Source of the DNA: Bryobacterales bacterium
GTDB taxonomy: Bacteria; Acidobacteriota; Terriglobia; Bryobacterales; Bryobacteraceae
DNA length: 64,000 nucleotides
NCBI GenBank assembly: GCA_963738375.1
Contig: CAVTWL010000010.1
Span: forward strand, 212,921 to 276,920
Direction of reading: 5' to 3'
The notes under the pieces: generated by a model
Databases searched by the model: none
The model's input: only the letters and a program-made list of their open reading frames with translations
Told to the model about the DNA's origin: nothing
Shown here: piece after piece, positions 50,189 through 59,438 of the stretch
Position numbering within the stretch: position 1 is the first letter of the stretch
Layout of the letters: each line of letters opens with the position of its first letter
Made by a program: the position numbers and the translations under genes

Positions 50189-50761
50189 TCAGTTGGGATG
50201 CACGTCGCCTACAATCACATACTGGGCATTGGCGATCTTTAAAGCCATCCGGAACGCAACGCTCGCGTAAGGTGGGACGTTAGTCACATCCGTGGTATCG
50301 CTGGCCACCAAGTTTCCCGCGCCGTCAGCGAGATAGCAAGTTACATTCGCGGAAGCAACCGTCTGGCTGGTGTTGTTACGCACCAAGCCGGTAATCGAGG
50401 CCGGATGTGACTCACGAGCAATCCGGAGATTTACTACATCCAAGTCGGAGGATGTGTATACCGTGTAGGAAAGCCGCTTCTGCGGGAGTGGAGGCTCCGC
50501 GGGCTCGACAGCCGCCGTGTGATTGTAGGAATCTACCGCACGGGTGCGAAACACGCCGCTAGCCGCGCCGGTCACGAGCGCTATCAGGGACAGCACCGGG
50601 ACTGCTATCATCGCCGCGGCTCTGACCTTTTGCCGCCGTGTGCGATTGGTCAGATACAGCGGATCGTCGGAAGCATGCCCGGACAGGAATCGATCAACGC
50701 GCCAGCGAAGAGGGTCAAGTGGCTTCAGCAACGCATCATACTTTGACTTTCCCGCAGGCAT
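50189..50761 (-). CDS. membrane-anchored hypothetical protein (FxLYD-like C-terminal domain?)
   Basis: 190 aa with one TM helix ('AAAMIAVPVLSLIALVTGAA'). The C-terminal beta-rich region 'GLVRNNTSQTVASANVTCYLADGAGNLV' only loosely resembles FxLYD domains. Confidence 0.5.
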   Translation of the reverse strand: MPAGKSKYDALLKPLDPLRWRVDRFLSGHASDDPLYLTNRTRRQKVRAAAMIAVPVLSLIALVTGAASGVFRTRAVDSYNHTAAVEPAEPPLPQKRLSYTVYTSSDLDVVNLRIARESHPASITGLVRNNTSQTVASANVTCYLADGAGNLVASDTTDVTNVPPYASVAFRMALKIANAQYVIVGDVHPN

Positions 50762-50794
50762 CGTGCAACTAATTATAACGCGCAGGCCATAAAC

Positions 50795-52051
50795 TCATTC
50801 CCGCATCACCCGCGCAGCCAGAGCCGATACCGCGCCACCCCACGAACAGGAAAGAAATAGTCCCAACGGCTCGCGCGCGTCGATGGTTCGGGGTCTATGC
50901 CGCACCACGTCGAGCACATCGCCCGGGTGAGGTCCGGTATTGCCGGCGATGGCAGGCAGAAACCCCTGCCGTGCACAGAGCAAACCCAATCCCAGTTCTA
51001 CCGCGGCGGTCCCCGCGCCTAGGTATCCCGTGTATCCCTTCAGCGCTGTCACCGGAGCGCGGCCCGCCATACCGCCAAGGGCTACCGCTTCGCAGGAATC
51101 TTCCGCAGCGGTGCCAAGGCCGGAGGCAACCGTGAAATCAATATTAAGGCTGCCGATCGCCTGATGAGAAGCCTGGCAAACCGTTTCGGCAGTCCATGCC
51201 GGGCGCCATTGCTCTTGCGTTCCCATTGCCGATCCCGCGCCGCAGAGTTCGCCGAGAAGCTTAGCTCCGCGTCCCACGGCGTGGTCCCATCGCTCCAACA
51301 CCAGAAAGCCAGCGCCCTCGCCCAGCACCAGACCATCGGCGTCCGCGTCGAACGGGCGATAAGCCTCGCCGGGGTCGCGATGGGAAAGCAGCCCGGCTTG
51401 TTCGTAAGCAAGGAAGTTACCGGGCGTCGCCAGGGAATCATACCCGCCCGCGAGGGCCACATCGCACCGCTCTTCCAGCAGATCCAAGTAGGCCGCCTGT
51501 ACCGCCTGCGCCGATGCCGTGTCCTTTTGGGTGAAATTTCCGTTGGGACCGCGAATGCCGAATTCGGTCGAAAGCAGGGCCAAGCCGCCATTCGCCAAGG
51601 TTCGCAGGCAAATGTAGCGATCGATGAGGTGCGACGACAGACCACCCAGATACTTGTAATCCATATCGCGGCCCGCATCCCACGCCATCAGCAACGACGG
51701 AAAGAAATGATCGTACTCCACACCTGTCTGGCCCGAACCTACATGAATGCCTACGCGAGAAGCGTCCATCTTGCGCGGATCGATACCGCTCTGGTCGACA
51801 GCCTCGCGTGCCGCGCGCATGGCGAACTGCACCGACCGGCCCATGAATTTTGAATTCTTGGGGTACTTCAGGAATTGCTCAACATTGAAGTCACCCACGG
51901 ATGCCAGCGCTCGCGCGGGATGCCCCTCGACCTCGAAGGCGCACGCCCTGGCAATGCCTGATTCTCCGCGATAGCTGCGCGCAACATTTTCCTCAGCGGT
52001 GAGTCCGAGAGGCGTTACCAGCCCCACGCCTGTTATGGCAACGCGTTGCAT
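50795..52051 (-). CDS. beta-ketoacyl synthase (KAS I/II) family homologue lacking the catalytic triad
   Basis: 418 aa with a thiolase fold ('VAITGVGLVTPLG', 'DGLVLGEGAGFLVLE'). Aligned to FabF from memory, Cys is replaced by Asp ('GPNGNFTQKDTASAQ'). His is replaced by Ser ('VASGLGTAAED') and His by Tyr ('LKGYTGYLGAG'). Confidence 0.8.
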   Translation of the reverse strand: MQRVAITGVGLVTPLGLTAEENVARSYRGESGIARACAFEVEGHPARALASVGDFNVEQFLKYPKNSKFMGRSVQFAMRAAREAVDQSGIDPRKMDASRVGIHVGSGQTGVEYDHFFPSLLMAWDAGRDMDYKYLGGLSSHLIDRYICLRTLANGGLALLSTEFGIRGPNGNFTQKDTASAQAVQAAYLDLLEERCDVALAGGYDSLATPGNFLAYEQAGLLSHRDPGEAYRPFDADADGLVLGEGAGFLVLERWDHAVGRGAKLLGELCGAGSAMGTQEQWRPAWTAETVCQASHQAIGSLNIDFTVASGLGTAAEDSCEAVALGGMAGRAPVTALKGYTGYLGAGTAAVELGLGLLCARQGFLPAIAGNTGPHPGDVLDVVRHRPRTIDAREPLGLFLSCSWGGAVSALAARVMRE

Positions 52052-52100
52052 ATCCCTTCAGAGATTTTAACAACACGATGGCCTCATCCGGCTAGCTGGT

Positions 52101-52136
52101 ACTAAAAGGAAAAGGCTCCGCGTGAGGCGGAGCCTT
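52101..52136 (-). terminator. intrinsic terminator downstream of PEP-CTERM gene
   Basis: On the minus strand: 10-bp stem AAGGCTCCGC/GCGGAGCCTT, 5-nt loop, then TTTTCCTTTT. Confidence 0.7.
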
Positions 52137-52170
52137 CGATCCGATTGAACAAGTACAGAAGCGGGAACCT

Positions 52171-52854
52171 TTACCCCCGGCGGGAACGGCGCCGCAGAAG
52201 CCCCAAGCCGAGCAGTCCAGATCCCAATAGAGCCATGCTGATCGGTTCCGGTGTGCCGGTGCCGGTTTCGAAGCTTTGCGTAAACTCGCTCAGCGCACCG
52301 CCTGCACCCGTTTGAATATCTTTGAAGACGTAAACGGGTGTAGTGTTCGGGAAGGGGCTTGAAAATACCGGCTGATTTGGCGTGTCCGAGGCCACAGTAA
52401 TCTGTCCAAGCGGTGGAACGGTACTGGTGCCAGCGGTGTTCGTGCAGAGATCCTCATCCGCACCCGAGGTGGCGATCGGGTTCGCGCAAGCTCGCTCCGT
52501 GATGGTGGCGTTCGCACCACCGATGGACATGTCGATCTGGTTCATGCCGCCGACCACTTCGAACAGGAACTGTTCGTCCTGGTTGGCCTGCAGATTCGGG
52601 TTGAATTGCAAGTACGCGGTGCCGGCCGCGGAATCATAATCGGATCCTGACAGGATGTCGATGATGCCGGAAGCGCCGCCGGAGGGGTTTAATGTTTGGA
52701 AGTTCTCGAATGTCAGAGAACCGCAGCTTACCACCGTGCTACTGGTGACTACACCACCCGTTCCAGTTCCAGAAATCGTGCAGGGGATCAGAGATGCACT
52801 TGCCACGCCGAGCGAGAGCACCGAAAAAGCTACCGTTACTACCAAAGCCTTCAT
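52171..52854 (-). CDS. PEP-CTERM secreted protein (paralogue A)
   Basis: ATG 52854. Signal 'MKALVVTVAFSVLSLGVASA'. C-terminal 'GTPEPISMALLGSGLLGLGLLRRRSRRG'. Confidence 0.85.
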   Translation of the reverse strand: MKALVVTVAFSVLSLGVASASLIPCTISGTGTGGVVTSSTVVSCGSLTFENFQTLNPSGGASGIIDILSGSDYDSAAGTAYLQFNPNLQANQDEQFLFEVVGGMNQIDMSIGGANATITERACANPIATSGADEDLCTNTAGTSTVPPLGQITVASDTPNQPVFSSPFPNTTPVYVFKDIQTGAGGALSEFTQSFETGTGTPEPISMALLGSGLLGLGLLRRRSRRG

Positions 52855-53035
52855 TACATTATCCTCCGAATAAAGCAACACCAGTCGTAGGATACTGCGG
52901 ACGGCGGAGGCAAAGCAATCCGTCGTCTTCTGCATTAGTATCCTGATATACAAGGACTTAGTGATCTAGCTCACAGACTAGGCGGGTTATGTACGGCGAC
53001 GTCCGGAAGAAGGCCGCGAAATAAACGATGGGGGC

Positions 53036-53066
53036 AAAAAAAGGCCCCGCACTTGGCGGGGCCTTT
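53036..53066 (-). terminator. intrinsic terminator downstream of PEP-CTERM gene
   Basis: On the minus strand: stem AAAGGCCCCGC/GCGGGGCCTTT, loop CAAGT, followed by T7. Confidence 0.8.
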
Positions 53067-53099
53067 GGAATTGATAGGAGAGTGAATGGTCAGATCAAA

Positions 53100-53777
53100 C
53101 TAATTATTGCGGGATTTGCGGCGAAGCAGGCCGAGACCAAGCAAACCAGAACCCAGCAGAACCATGCTAACGGGCTCAGGCGTCCCCGTTTCGAAACTCT
53201 GTGTGAACTCGCTCAACGCACCACCCGCGCCAGTCTGGATATCTTTGAAAATATACACGGGCGAGGTGCTGGTGAACGGAGTAGAGAATACGGGCTGGTT
53301 GGGCGTGCCCGATGCAACCGTGATCTGGCCGAGCGGCGGTGCAGAGGATGTGCCACCCGCATTGGTGCAAAGATCTTCGAGATCGCCGGAAGTGGCGATC
53401 GGATTCGCGCAAGCGCGCTCAGTTACCGTTGCGTTGTCGCCGCCGACTGACATGTCGATCTGGCTGATGCCGCCCCAGACCTGGAATAGCAGCTGTTCGT
53501 CCTGATTGGCCTGCAGGTTCGGATTGAGCTGCAAGAAAGCTGCACCGGTGCTCGTGTCATATTCCGTTCCCGACAGGATGTCAACCAGTCCGGAGGCCCC
53601 GCCGGTCGGGTTCAGGACTTCAAAATTGTCAAACGTCAGACCGCCGCAGGTCACTACCGTCGCGCTGCTGACTGCGCCGTCGACGCCGGTTCCGCTGACC
53701 GTGCAGGGTACCAGAGATGCGCTCGCAACACCGAGCGATAATGCCGAAAATGCCAAGATACCCAACAGCTTCTTCAT
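53100..53777 (-). CDS. PEP-CTERM secreted protein (paralogue B)
   Basis: 225 aa, collinear with and highly similar to paralogue A. C-terminal 'GTPEPVSMVLLGSGLLGLGLLRRKSRNN'. Confidence 0.85.
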   Translation of the reverse strand: MKKLLGILAFSALSLGVASASLVPCTVSGTGVDGAVSSATVVTCGGLTFDNFEVLNPTGGASGLVDILSGTEYDTSTGAAFLQLNPNLQANQDEQLLFQVWGGISQIDMSVGGDNATVTERACANPIATSGDLEDLCTNAGGTSSAPPLGQITVASGTPNQPVFSTPFTSTSPVYIFKDIQTGAGGALSEFTQSFETGTPEPVSMVLLGSGLLGLGLLRRKSRNN

Positions 53778-54141
53778 TGCGTTTCCTCCGAATCGCGTTT
53801 CTAAATTTGGTTACAAATCTGCCTGTTCGTTACAACGCAGGCTAAACAAGGACAATTTGAAGGATACAGCAGTCACCCTAAAAATGCAATATTCTTCACA
53901 GAGATTTCTGCGATTTCTTTCCCAACAAACTTTAATGTAATGCTGCACTTGCCTAGGCCTTCCAGTACTATTGGCGCAAAACTACTAAGAAGTCCCGCAG
54001 CACCCCTATAGATTGTGCTCCATCGCACGGCTGCACCATTAGGCGGATGGCGAAAGAGGCAGGGGAGCTTAAGTTCTAGTACCTTGGCGGGGTTCGTCCA
54101 GCAGCTTTTGTTGGTTCTAAACCATACAATGGCAGCGCCGA

Positions 54142-55446
54142 TCAGCGTCCGCGGCTGCGGGCTTCTACTCCCAAGGCCGACTGGGGCTCCATCTCTGGCA
54201 CGGGAGCCTTCTTGGGGCGGACATCGAGATGCGAAGCCAGGAGCGCGTGCCGGTTGCGGCTGTATTTGGGGGAGCCAGGCAGTCCGTCGAGCGCCTGCCA
54301 CTCGGCAGGCGAGATTTCCTGCACCGCCGGCAGGTACTTCTGCAGATAGTTACGGAGCCGCTCTTGTACGGACCGGTTCGCCGAATTACTGAGGACGAAA
54401 AGCAGCTCAGCGATAGGCCTATCCGATAGAATCTGGTAGACTTGTGAAGGCTTCTTGACCCGGGCTGAGCGCAGCGCCTGTTCCAGTTTATGGGCGTGGG
54501 GTTCCAGGTTACGGGTTTGCTCAATTTCCGCTTTGGAGAGCGAAAGGGACTTTAGGAAGCTGACCTTGTCCTTGGGCGAGAACTTGGCAGTGAGCGCTAG
54601 CAGGAAGGGCGCGAACCGGGCTGGAAAAGGGATATTGGCCGATTCGACCAGCTTCGTTGCTTTTTCGAACCGCTCTGCCGCCTGCAAGTTTAGCTTTGCG
54701 CCAGCCAGTGCCGGCGAAAACAATGAGGAGAGCCCCTCATGGTCTAGCGCCCGCAACACCTCCGCCGGGCTCGACTCGCCGGCGATGTGCATTAATTCCT
54801 CTTTGAGCACCAGGGGTGCGATCGATTTTTCCACATGCGCTTCGCGGGCGTTCTGGTACTGCGTCCGCGTGCGCTCTTCGACGGCGAAACCCAGCCTGAT
54901 GCGCAATCGAGTAAGCCGCAACAGGCGCACCGGGTCGTCGTAAAACACGTACGAATGCGCCGCGCGGATCTCGCGCCGTTCCAGGTCAGCCAGCCCGTTG
55001 GTCGGGTCAAGCAGCAGGCCGCGGGACGCACGATTGAGCGACAGCGCCATGGCATTCATGGTGAAGTCGCGGCCTCGCAGATCTTCTTGAATCGGTGCCG
55101 CTGTCACTTGCGGCTTGCCGCCCGTCTTGGCGTAGCGTTCCTTGCGGGACATGGCTAGTTGAGCGGTAACTCCGTTTTCGAACAGCATCTCCGCCGTGCG
55201 CCGATTCTCATCGAGGGCCAGGATGCCGGCGCCTTGCTGCTGGAGTACTTTGGCTAATTTCAGCGCCGGGCCTTCCACGCTGAAGTCCAGGTCGCGCACC
55301 CGGAACCCGCCCAGCATGTCGCGCATGCCGCCGCCCGTCAGAAACAGGTTGACGCCGGCCGTTCCCGCCGCCTCCTGTACCAACGCCAGCACGCGATTCT
55401 GATCTGTGCTGAGGTGGCTCTCCAACCGGAACATATAGTCGCTCAT
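54142..55446 (-). CDS. CCA tRNA nucleotidyltransferase / poly(A) polymerase family protein
   Basis: Head-domain motifs 'LFLTGGGMRDMLGG', 'RDLDFSVEG' and 'RDFTMNAMAL'; 'DDPVRLLRLTRL' is also present. Confidence 0.8.
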   Translation of the reverse strand: MSDYMFRLESHLSTDQNRVLALVQEAAGTAGVNLFLTGGGMRDMLGGFRVRDLDFSVEGPALKLAKVLQQQGAGILALDENRRTAEMLFENGVTAQLAMSRKERYAKTGGKPQVTAAPIQEDLRGRDFTMNAMALSLNRASRGLLLDPTNGLADLERREIRAAHSYVFYDDPVRLLRLTRLRIRLGFAVEERTRTQYQNAREAHVEKSIAPLVLKEELMHIAGESSPAEVLRALDHEGLSSLFSPALAGAKLNLQAAERFEKATKLVESANIPFPARFAPFLLALTAKFSPKDKVSFLKSLSLSKAEIEQTRNLEPHAHKLEQALRSARVKKPSQVYQILSDRPIAELLFVLSNSANRSVQERLRNYLQKYLPAVQEISPAEWQALDGLPGSPKYSRNRHALLASHLDVRPKKAPVPEMEPQSALGVEARSRGR

Positions 55447-55452
55447 GGAGTC

Positions 55453-56367
55453 TCAGGCCCTGGGGTGATGCCGGTCAATGGTCTGGCGCAAGCGCGAGCG
55501 CATTACATGAGTGTAGATCTGCGTAGTGGAGATGTCGGCATGGCCCAACATGGTCTGAACGCTGCGCAAGTCGGCCCCGCCTTCGAGCAAGTGCGTGGCG
55601 AAGCTGTGGCGGATGACGTGCGGCGTCAAATTCCTGAAAACGCCGGCTTTACGCCCATGGCCGCGGAGCAGCTTCCAAAAAGCCTGGCGCGTCATGGGCC
55701 CCCCGCGCGCGGTCACGAAGAGGTGGCGGCTGGAGCGACCCTTCAAGATCGCCGGCCGGCTGGTTTCGAGGTACGAGCGCACGGCGGCTAGAGCCGGCTT
55801 GCCCACCGGCACCATGCGCTGCTTGCGCCCTTTGCCGGTGGCGCGGAGGACGCCAAGTTCCAGGTTCAAGTCCGATACGCCAAGATTGCATAGCTCCGAA
55901 ACGCGCAGACCGGTGGCGTATAGCAGCTCGATCATGGCGTGGTCGCGCGGCCCGGTGGCGCGATTTTCGTCCGGAGCTTGAGAGATACGCTCGATATCCT
56001 CCTGATTGAGGAACTTAGGGATGGTTTGCCATTGGCGGGGCGCGGCCAAATGTTCGGTGGGATCGGTGGTCAATCGGCCTTCCCGTACAAGGAATGCGTA
56101 AAGACTGCGGAGCGTTGAAAGATTACGGGAGACGGACCGCGCGCTGAGTTTGGCCTGATAGAGCGAGTCGACATAGCGGCGAATGCTCTCGGTGTTAGGA
56201 ATCTCTCCCCCACAATGCTTGTCTGCAAACCGCACAAACTGGTTCAGATCGGTTTGGTAAGCGCCGAGTGAGTTGACAGCTAATCCCTTTTCGATTCTGC
56301 AAAAATTGAGGAACAACACGGCCTCGCCAGCTAATACTCCTTTGGCTGGCTCCGGCACGTTATCCAT
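55453..56367 (-). CDS. xerD: site-specific tyrosine recombinase XerD/XerC type
   Basis: Internal ATG 56367. It contains 'RDHAMIELLYATGLRVSEL', 'GKGRKQRMVPVG', 'HVIRHSFATHLLEGGADLRSVQTMLGHADISTTQIYTHV'. No flanking mobile-element features, so it is likely the housekeeping dif recombinase. Confidence 0.8.
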   Translation of the reverse strand: MDNVPEPAKGVLAGEAVLFLNFCRIEKGLAVNSLGAYQTDLNQFVRFADKHCGGEIPNTESIRRYVDSLYQAKLSARSVSRNLSTLRSLYAFLVREGRLTTDPTEHLAAPRQWQTIPKFLNQEDIERISQAPDENRATGPRDHAMIELLYATGLRVSELCNLGVSDLNLELGVLRATGKGRKQRMVPVGKPALAAVRSYLETSRPAILKGRSSRHLFVTARGGPMTRQAFWKLLRGHGRKAGVFRNLTPHVIRHSFATHLLEGGADLRSVQTMLGHADISTTQIYTHVMRSRLRQTIDRHHPRA

Positions 56368-56429
56368 CGTGCCAATGATACAATAACCCCGACCGATGTT
56401 TAAAACATTGTTGACCATTAGAGGTTGAT

Positions 56430-56912
56430 TTGGCAGGTTCGACCTCAAAAAAAGTGCGGATCAGCCGTTTTTCACGCGAGCCGCTACTGGGGTTCGTGAA
56501 CCCAGCGAGCTATCTTCGGCCCGCCGGCGTCGAACTGCTATCCCAGGACGGCAACTACTCCTTAGTCCCGTACGACGAGGTCAGAGCGGTCCAGTTCGTC
56601 AAGGCCTTCGAACCTCCCGACCCGGCAACGGAGCGCAAAACATTCAGCACCCGGCCTAAGATGGACGGCCTGTGGTTGCGGGTTAAGTTCCGTGACGGCG
56701 AAGTAATGGACGGCATCCTTGCCAACAATCTGCTGCTGACTGACTTACAAGGATTCACCGTGGTGCCGCCGGATCCCTATTCCAATAACCAACGATTGTT
56801 TCTGCCCCGCGCGGCTTTGATCGAAGTGCTGGTGCTGGGTGTCGTGGGCAGCCCCCTGCGTACCCGGAAACCTAAGCCGGCGGCGAAAGAACAAATCGGG
56901 CTATTCGACTGA
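56430..56912 (+). CDS. conserved hypothetical protein
   Basis: 160 aa with a TTG start and coding-like composition. No motif recognised. Confidence 0.5.
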   Translation: MAGSTSKKVRISRFSREPLLGFVNPASYLRPAGVELLSQDGNYSLVPYDEVRAVQFVKAFEPPDPATERKTFSTRPKMDGLWLRVKFRDGEVMDGILANNLLLTDLQGFTVVPPDPYSNNQRLFLPRAALIEVLVLGVVGSPLRTRKPKPAAKEQIGLFD

Positions 56913-56913
56913 G

Positions 56914-58602
56914 TTATAGCGGACGCTGGATTCGATGGTCGGTTACCCGTATGCCCCCCGCGTCGATGGTGACACGCTTAGGCATGTGACAGCGGGAACA
57001 TTCGAGCGGCGCGCCGTTGTGCATGGTGGGATGGCAACTGCGGCAGACCGCCCGGTATTCCGCAGCCGTCTTCGAAAAGCTATGGGCCGGGTGGCACGTA
57101 GTACAGGTCAACTTGCCAGCAGAATCTTGAAAGCAGCGCGATGCCAGTAGCCGGTAGCCGGCGCTGTTCAGCTCGATCGAGTCTTCGGCTGGCGTAGCCG
57201 CCCCATGAGTTGGGTTGGTCCCGCGGGCCTTCGCATGGCACGACAAACATACGCTTGCGCCCGGCTTAACCAAGGCCGCGGCGGTGTGGCAACTGGCGCA
57301 TCCGAATTCTGGCGCGTGGTCAGCCGGTTGGAGCGCATGACAGTTCATGCAGGCAGGCGAGAAGCGGAAGCTGGTATGTGTAACGTATTTCCCTGCATCG
57401 GCGGCTTGCCAGGCCACGGGCAATTCGACACCGCCGCTCAGCAGGATGCGCAGGTGCCGACCCGAGCCGATCGCGGCATCGATGGCTTTCCGGCGTGGGT
57501 TGCCGTCGACATCGCGCGTTTCCAGGTAAGTTCGGCCGTCCTTTTGAATCACGCTGTATTTGTCGGCGGTAAAAGGTGACAAAACCGGCGATTCGGAATA
57601 ACTGTGCGCCATCCCGGTTGCGCTAAACTCTTGCGCGGGATCCGCTGCCGGCGCGCGCAATTGCGCCAATTGCAGCCTTACCTTGCCGGATTCCGGCGCG
57701 TCTCGATGATACTGCAGGAAGGATTCTAACTCGCCGGCGGCGGCTTGGCCGTCCTGACGCCGCAAGTCGATCTGAGCCAGCACAAGCTGCGGATGCGAAA
57801 AATGCGCCGGATCGAATGTAACCGCGGCTGTGAGATACCTTCTGGCGAGCTGTAACTGGTCTGAGTAAAAATAATTCATGCCTAACTGATAGTTAGCCAG
57901 CGCATCGTTGGGGCGGATCAGTGCCGCCTGCACGTTATATTGCAGGCCTTGCTGGAACGGGCCCAAATTGAGTAGCACGCCCCCCAGATTCGCCAGGGGC
58001 TGATAGGCTGTGGGGTCGGCAGCCAAAGCTTTTCGAAAGCAGCTTTCCGCGCGCGTATAATCCCGCGACTGGAATGCAATGGTGCCGAGGTGGTTCCATG
58101 CTTCGGAGTATCTCGGCGTCAGCGTGACGGCGCGCTCTAAACGAGCAACGGCTCCCTCGATATCGTGGCGGCCCAACCGCCGCAGCGCCTCATCGTATTC
58201 ATGACGAGCCTTATCAGGAATGGCGAGTTCCCTGCTCGAAACCGTGGCCTCGCGCCGCAGACTGTCGTGTAGTTCAAAATCGTTATCGCGTAGCTCCACT
58301 TTCACTTCAACCCGATTGCGCCCGTCCGCCTGGCTCGGCCCGACCTCGATGGTGCGGCGCATTTCGCCGCGCGCCGGCACGAACAGACCCAGCGTATAGG
58401 CACCCGCGGCAATATGGCGAAAGCGAAATTGGCCGTCGTCTGCCGCCAGAGTGTTCTCTTCGAAAGGCGCGTTGTCGCCATGCAGCCAGACCGTCGCGCG
58501 CGTGGGGGGAAGCGACTTGCCGCGCAGTTCATAGAGGTCGGTCTGCGCGCGCGCGCAGGCGAGCGCCATCAGTACGAGAAACGCGAGGCGCGCCTGCGGC
58601 AT
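56914..58602 (-). CDS. secreted TPR-repeat protein with C-terminal multihaem c-type cytochrome domain
   Basis: It has a signal peptide, a carboxypeptidase-regulatory-like N-terminus and TPR repeats. Six CXXCH motifs are present (CMNCH, CASCH, CLSCH, CTTCH, CRSCH, CSRCH). Confidence 0.8.
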   Translation of the reverse strand: MPQARLAFLVLMALACARAQTDLYELRGKSLPPTRATVWLHGDNAPFEENTLAADDGQFRFRHIAAGAYTLGLFVPARGEMRRTIEVGPSQADGRNRVEVKVELRDNDFELHDSLRREATVSSRELAIPDKARHEYDEALRRLGRHDIEGAVARLERAVTLTPRYSEAWNHLGTIAFQSRDYTRAESCFRKALAADPTAYQPLANLGGVLLNLGPFQQGLQYNVQAALIRPNDALANYQLGMNYFYSDQLQLARRYLTAAVTFDPAHFSHPQLVLAQIDLRRQDGQAAAGELESFLQYHRDAPESGKVRLQLAQLRAPAADPAQEFSATGMAHSYSESPVLSPFTADKYSVIQKDGRTYLETRDVDGNPRRKAIDAAIGSGRHLRILLSGGVELPVAWQAADAGKYVTHTSFRFSPACMNCHALQPADHAPEFGCASCHTAAALVKPGASVCLSCHAKARGTNPTHGAATPAEDSIELNSAGYRLLASRCFQDSAGKLTCTTCHPAHSFSKTAAEYRAVCRSCHPTMHNGAPLECSRCHMPKRVTIDAGGIRVTDHRIQRPL

Positions 58603-58649
58603 TTCATCAATATAACCGGGAGACCGTTCGCCGCAGTTATAATCTCGTC

Positions 58650-59051
58650 ATGATTGACTATGCCGAGGCCGGCCCCGAAGTCCGAGCCGTGTACGACGAC
58701 ATCATGGCAACCCGCCAAATCGACTGGATCAATAATTTTTGGAAGGCGCTGGCGCACGATCCCGCTACGCTGCGCCGCACCTGGGAGAGCATCAAGCAGA
58801 TCATGGCGCCCGGTGCGCTCGATCCACTCACGAAAGAGATGGTCTACCTGGCGGTCAGCGCCTCCAATCAGTGCCCTTATTGCATTGCCTCGCATACGGC
58901 CGCGGCCCGCAAGGCAGGTATGTCCGATGCCATGTTCGGCGAATTGATGGCGGTGGTCGGCATGGCTAACGAAACCAACCGGCTCGCCAGCGGCTATCAG
59001 GTGGAAATCGACGAGCGGTTTCGGTCCGCTGACGTTACTCCTCGATCGTAA
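58650..59051 (+). CDS. carboxymuconolactone decarboxylase (AhpD-like) family protein
   Basis: 'LDPLTKEMVYLAVSASNQCPYCIASHTAAARKAG' carries the CxxC of the CMD fold. Confidence 0.8.
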   Translation: MIDYAEAGPEVRAVYDDIMATRQIDWINNFWKALAHDPATLRRTWESIKQIMAPGALDPLTKEMVYLAVSASNQCPYCIASHTAAARKAGMSDAMFGELMAVVGMANETNRLASGYQVEIDERFRSADVTPRS

Positions 59052-59373
59052 GTTTGACAGGCTGTTCGATCAGCTTCGGCTCTTTGCCCGTCGTCAGCAG
59101 CATCAGCGCGAAGCGGCCCGCTGCCGCGTTGGCGGGAATCTTGAACTTCACGCTGGTCGGCGTTTGCTCGGTCAACACCAACAGCACGTCATTCTTCTGG
59201 TCCGTCAGGTACACCTTGGCAACTTGCGCCTTGTCCAAATTCTCCCCAGCCACGGTAATCTCGTCCCCAGCCTTCCCACTGGCTGGATCGACGGTGCTCA
59301 TCTTGGGCACCGATTGCGCGAAAGCGGTCAGGCCAAAAACCAGCAAGATTGGCGCTGCAAAGGACAGTTTCAT
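59035..59373 (-). CDS. secreted IPT/TIG-domain protein
   Basis: Signal 'MKLSFAAPILLVFGLTAFAQ', then 'MSTVDPASGKAGDEITVAGENL..VKFKIP'. Confidence 0.65.
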   Translation of the reverse strand: MKLSFAAPILLVFGLTAFAQSVPKMSTVDPASGKAGDEITVAGENLDKAQVAKVYLTDQKNDVLLVLTEQTPTSVKFKIPANAAAGRFALMLLTTGKEPKLIEQPVKLTIEE

Positions 59374-59438
59374 CTGAAATCTCCATCTCTAGATTCAATG
59401 TATGTCCATTCCTTCACGAATTCAAGGGGGAGGCCGGT

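Noticed and set aside
55453-56367. Tyrosine recombinase as an integrase marking a mobile element.
   Set aside because: Full XerD/XerC-type motifs are present. There are no flanking repeats, no adjacent tRNA and no cargo genes, and the neighbours are housekeeping genes. It is most simply the chromosomal dif recombinase.
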